64,000 bases of DNA from the NCBI GenBank assembly GCA_963691875.1, contig OY829846.1, positions 2,304,001-2,368,000 on the forward strand. Reading direction: 5' to 3'. The stretch is from Aureliella sp. GTDB taxonomy: Bacteria; Planctomycetota; Planctomycetia; Pirellulales; Pirellulaceae. The notes under the pieces were generated by a model. The model saw only the letters and a program-made list of their open reading frames with translations, was not told where the DNA came from and did not search any database. A program made the position numbers and the translations under genes. Below, piece after piece: positions 59,952-64,000 of this stretch. Numbering within the stretch: the stretch's first letter is position 1; each line of letters begins with the position of its first letter.

Positions 59952-62324
59952 ATGCACCAAGTTCCTTTTCTGCTCGCAGCACGCTGTTTCGTTATTCTCT
60001 TCGGCGTTCTCAGGTTAACTACATGCGACGCTCAAGAAGTAGACTTTGCACGCGACATTCGGCCACTGCTCTCTGATCGTTGTTTTTCCTGTCACGGCCC
60101 AGACGAGGCGCACCGTGAAGCCAACCTGCGCTTCGATGCGCTCGAAAGCCTGACTGAAGATCGTGGCGGCTACTATGTGCTGAAGCCTGGTGATTCAGTC
60201 GCTAGCGAACTGATGAAACGAATTCTCTCGGACGATGAGTTCGAAGTGATGCCTCCACCGGAAATAGGTAAACCACTGAACGAAGCAGAGAAAGGGCTGA
60301 TTCGTAAGTGGATTGATCAAGGTGCAAAGTGGGCCAAGCACTGGGCCTACGAACCACCGCGTACGTCACCGACACCAAAGTTACCTACGGCTCAGGCAGA
60401 ACGAGCAAAGAACTGGATCGACCACTACATTGCCAGTGATCTCCAGAAGCTTGGACGCAAAATGTCAGCTCGCGCGAAGGACGTGACCTTGCTCCGTCGC
60501 CTTTCCTTCGACTTGACTGGTTTGCCACCGGGAGAGGGAGCGGACGTTAGCTCAGTCAGCGAAGCAAACTATGCAGATTCCGTCGATCAACTCCTAGCGA
60601 GCCCTGCATTTGGCGAACGCATGGCAATCTACTGGTTGGACTTGGTACGTTTCGCTGACACCGTCGGATACCACGGCGATCAAGATCACAACATTACGCC
60701 CTACCGTGATTACGTCATCAACGCCTTCAATGACAATTTGCCCTTCGATCAATTCACGATCGATCAGCTCGCAGGCGACCTTCTAGACTCGCCGAGCGAA
60801 GAGCAAATCGTTGCCACCGGATACAACCGGCTACTGCAAACCTCGCACGAAGGCGGCGTGCAGCCGGCGGAATATTTGGCGATCTACCAAGCCGATCGAG
60901 TCCGCAACGTTTCGGCCGTCTGGTTTGGCGCGACCATCGGCTGTGCTCAATGCCATGATCACAAGTACGATCCCTTCACGGCCAGGGACTTTTACTCGCT
61001 TGCGGCATTCTTCGCGGACGTAGACGAAGCACAGCATTTCAAGGTGGGCAGTAACTCTCTGCCTACCAAACGGCCACCGGAAATCGATGTTCTGACTCGC
61101 GCACAGCAGTTGCTGCAAGCCAATCTTCAGGCTGAACTCCAAGACGCGGCCACCTCAAGCCAAAAGTCGCTCAAAGCCGCTTTGGAACAACTGGAGAAAT
61201 CGAAGCACCGCACGATGGTTACTCAATCCATCGAGCCGCGATTGGTGCGTTTCCTGCCCCGTGGAGATTGGCTCGACGACAGCGGCGAGGCGATGCAACC
61301 TTCCGTTCCAGAGTTCATGGGAGACCTAGACTTGGCCAGTCGCCCAACTCGACTCGATCTCGCGCATTGGTTGGTAGACACCCAAGCGAAATCGTCCCCA
61401 GGCTACCTAACAGCTCGCGTTTTTGTGAACCGACTGTGGATGCTATTTTTCGGCGAAGGTCTTTCACGGAGCGTCGAAGATTTTGGAGGTCAAGGCGAGG
61501 CGCCGACGCATCCAGAGTTGCTCGATCGCTTGGCCATCGAATTTGTTCGATCGGGCTGGGATGTGAAACACATGGTTCGCTTGATCGTCGCGAGCCAAAC
61601 TTACCAACAGTCCTCCCTGGAGACTTCTTGGCACCGCAAACACGATCCTGAGAACCGACTGCTCTCTCGCCAACACCGTTTTCGCTTGCCAGCAGAAATG
61701 GTTCGCGACGTGTCTTTGAGTTGCTCGAATCTGATGTTGCGACAGATCGGTGGCAGCAGTGTCAAGCCATATCAGCCAGCCGGCTACTATCGGCACCTCA
61801 ATTTCCCGACTCGCAAGTACGCTGCGTCAACAGATCCCGGTCAGTGGCGTCGCGGCCTTTACGTTCACTGGCAGCGTCAGTTCCTGCATCCCATGCTTCG
61901 AGCCTTTGATGCTCCAACTCGAGAGGAATGCACGGCCAAGCGTACCCGGTCCAATACACCGCTCGCCGCGCTGGTGTGGCTGAACGACCCAAGCTTCATC
62001 GAAGCTGCCAAGCACTTTGCGGCCGAACAGTTGGAACAATTTAGCGCAACAGAAATGGATAGCAAAGAAGCTCGCAAGGCTGGGATTCGCAAAATGTTCC
62101 GCCGAGCAACTTCGCGAGAGCCTGACGCGGAAGAGATAGCCAGTCTGTTGGGTCTGTTGGAGGTATCGGAGGTTGCTTTCGGGGCCGACGAAAAGGCTGC
62201 AGAAGAGCTGCTTTCGGTTGGCTCCTTGACACGGCAGTCGAAACATTCCAAAGCAACTTGGGCTGCATGGACGATGTTGGCGCGAGCGATCTTGAACTTG
62301 AACGAAACTTACACGCGGAATTAA
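59952..62324 (+). CDS. PSCyt1 + DUF1549 + DUF1553 planctomycete cytochrome c protein
   Basis: VDFARDIRPLLSDRCFSCHGPD, LLRRLSFDLTGLPP, CAQCHDHKYDP, PTHPELLD and SNTPLAAL. Confidence 0.93.
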   Translation: MHQVPFLLAARCFVILFGVLRLTTCDAQEVDFARDIRPLLSDRCFSCHGPDEAHREANLRFDALESLTEDRGGYYVLKPGDSVASELMKRILSDDEFEVMPPPEIGKPLNEAEKGLIRKWIDQGAKWAKHWAYEPPRTSPTPKLPTAQAERAKNWIDHYIASDLQKLGRKMSARAKDVTLLRRLSFDLTGLPPGEGADVSSVSEANYADSVDQLLASPAFGERMAIYWLDLVRFADTVGYHGDQDHNITPYRDYVINAFNDNLPFDQFTIDQLAGDLLDSPSEEQIVATGYNRLLQTSHEGGVQPAEYLAIYQADRVRNVSAVWFGATIGCAQCHDHKYDPFTARDFYSLAAFFADVDEAQHFKVGSNSLPTKRPPEIDVLTRAQQLLQANLQAELQDAATSSQKSLKAALEQLEKSKHRTMVTQSIEPRLVRFLPRGDWLDDSGEAMQPSVPEFMGDLDLASRPTRLDLAHWLVDTQAKSSPGYLTARVFVNRLWMLFFGEGLSRSVEDFGGQGEAPTHPELLDRLAIEFVRSGWDVKHMVRLIVASQTYQQSSLETSWHRKHDPENRLLSRQHRFRLPAEMVRDVSLSCSNLMLRQIGGSSVKPYQPAGYYRHLNFPTRKYAASTDPGQWRRGLYVHWQRQFLHPMLRAFDAPTREECTAKRTRSNTPLAALVWLNDPSFIEAAKHFAAEQLEQFSATEMDSKEARKAGIRKMFRRATSREPDAEEIASLLGLLEVSEVAFGADEKAAEELLSVGSLTRQSKHSKATWAAWTMLARAILNLNETYTRN

Positions 62325-62327
62325 CTG

Positions 62328-63896
62328 ATGTTGAACAGTTTCCTGAATGCAGAGCAAGGAATGGATGCGTTAGGCGACCGGCAGAAGAGCTTGTGCCAAT
62401 GTGAGGTGGATTCGCGCAAACAAACACTGCGTGAAAACGGACTTGGTCTGGCTGATTCTGACTCGCTTTCTGCCTTATCACGGCTGAGGCGTCGGAGTTT
62501 TCTTTCGCAGCTCGGAGTCGGCTTCGGTAGCATCGCCGCTTTGAATTTGCTAGCACGAAATACTGTCGCCACAGATGTGGGCTTGCCCGCCGGAGCAACC
62601 GGAGCAAAAGCTCCGCCGCATATTCCTGCGAAGGTTAAGCGTGTCATCTTCCTCTACATGTCTGGTGGGCCCTCGCACCTGGAGACGTTCGATTACAAGC
62701 CGGAGCTCGACAAACTCGACGGCAAGGAGATGCCAAGCTCTTTCACCGAAGGACAACCGATCGCACAACTGCAAGGCAAAGCACTGAAGGTACAAGGGCA
62801 CCTCAGCAAGTTTTCGCAGTACGGAGAGAATGGCACTTGGATCAGCGACTTCCTGCCTCATCATCAGCGGATCGCAGACAGAATCTGCGTTATCAAGTCG
62901 ATGGTGACGGAGCAGATCAACCACGATCCAGCACACACATTCATGAACACCGGAACGGCCATCAGCGGTCGGCCTTCGATGGGATCGTGGATCAACTATG
63001 GCTTGGGCAGCGAGTGTGACAACTTGCCCGGCTTTGTGGTAATGACAAGCGTTGGAGGCCGCAATCCCCAGCCAATTGCGGCGCGACAATGGGCGGCCGG
63101 CTTTTTACCAAGCCGCTACCAAGGCGCCGAATTCAGTAGCAGCGGCGATCCTGTGAACTACGTCAGGAGACCGCCAGGCGTCTCAGAAGACCTCCAAGCC
63201 AAACTGATTCAGTCCATCCGTAGCTTGGATAAGCACCGCAATCAATTTGTCGACAATCCGGAACTCGCCACACGCATCTCAGCCTACGAACTCGCCTTTA
63301 GAATGCAGAGTTCTGTTCCTGAGCTGATGGACATGTCGGACGAACCGCAAAGCATGCTGGATCGCTACGGTGCCAAGCCAGGTGACGGCTCCTTTGCCTC
63401 CAACTGCTTACTCGCTCGACGCTTGGCCGAGCGTGGTGTGCGATTCATTCAGCTTTATCACCGCGGCTGGGATCACCATGGTGGGCTCGTGAAGTACATG
63501 AACACATGCTGCAGCCTGACCGATCAGCCGACAGCCGCTCTACTAGAGGATCTCGAAGAACGCGGCATGCTCGAAGACACGCTTGTGATCTGGGGTGGCG
63601 AATTCGGGCGTACCCCAATGTTCCAAGGCAAGGGTGGTGCGGGACGCGATCACCACATCAAGGGCTTTAGTATGTGGATGGCCGGTGGCGGCATCAAACC
63701 AGGAATTAGCCACGGCGCGACCGACGAACTCGGCTACAATTCCGTAGAAGACGTGGTGCATATACGCGATCTCCACGCCACAATCCTTCATCAACTTGGG
63801 ATCGACCACAACCGCCTCACCGTACCCTACCAAGGCCTCGACATGAAGCTCACTGGTGTAGAAGAAGCCCGCGTTGTGAAAGAAATCCTCGTTTAG
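62328..63896 (+). CDS. DUF1501 protein (Tat-exported)
   Basis: RRSFL, GGPSHLETFDYKP, GRPSMGSW, GWDHH, WGGEFGRTP and GRDHH; start uncertain. Confidence 0.93.
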   Translation: MLNSFLNAEQGMDALGDRQKSLCQCEVDSRKQTLRENGLGLADSDSLSALSRLRRRSFLSQLGVGFGSIAALNLLARNTVATDVGLPAGATGAKAPPHIPAKVKRVIFLYMSGGPSHLETFDYKPELDKLDGKEMPSSFTEGQPIAQLQGKALKVQGHLSKFSQYGENGTWISDFLPHHQRIADRICVIKSMVTEQINHDPAHTFMNTGTAISGRPSMGSWINYGLGSECDNLPGFVVMTSVGGRNPQPIAARQWAAGFLPSRYQGAEFSSSGDPVNYVRRPPGVSEDLQAKLIQSIRSLDKHRNQFVDNPELATRISAYELAFRMQSSVPELMDMSDEPQSMLDRYGAKPGDGSFASNCLLARRLAERGVRFIQLYHRGWDHHGGLVKYMNTCCSLTDQPTAALLEDLEERGMLEDTLVIWGGEFGRTPMFQGKGGAGRDHHIKGFSMWMAGGGIKPGISHGATDELGYNSVEDVVHIRDLHATILHQLGIDHNRLTVPYQGLDMKLTGVEEARVVKEILV

Positions 63897-64000
63897 TCGT
63901 CGACAGCCAGTGCTTGCCTTTCTTCCACCCAAGGAACTGCTGGGTAGCTTTGCTGGATTCAATCGACGCGGCAAAGGCAGCCGCTTCGAGGCCAAGTAGT

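Overview
Planctomycete-type chromosomal segment, probably Pirellulaceae. This is inferred from the DUF1549/DUF1553+DUF1501 and DUF1592+DUF1552 modules, sulfatases, PVC-type heme proteins and an H4MPT-linked formyltransferase. It holds about 33 apparently intact CDSs: housekeeping genes (dapL, pckA, fpr, fhcD/ftr, panF-like plus yhdT-like), many exported heme/Tat/beta-propeller proteins, and regulators. I saw no rRNA, tRNA or CRISPR array. The most notable signal is hidden in the ORF track. Two same-frame ORFs (48479-48724 and 48791-49069) are one thioredoxin-fold lipoprotein whose active site reads W-[TGA]-G-W-C, with a SECIS-like hairpin whose loop starts 22 nt after the UGA, so it is a candidate exported selenoprotein. 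Several apparently intergenic gaps are decayed genes: an IS256-like transposase, an AraC regulator, a beta-sandwich domain, a membrane metal-dependent hydrolase and a secreted protein. There are also REP-like palindromes and a MITE-like element. All family assignments come from motif recognition by eye; no searches were run.
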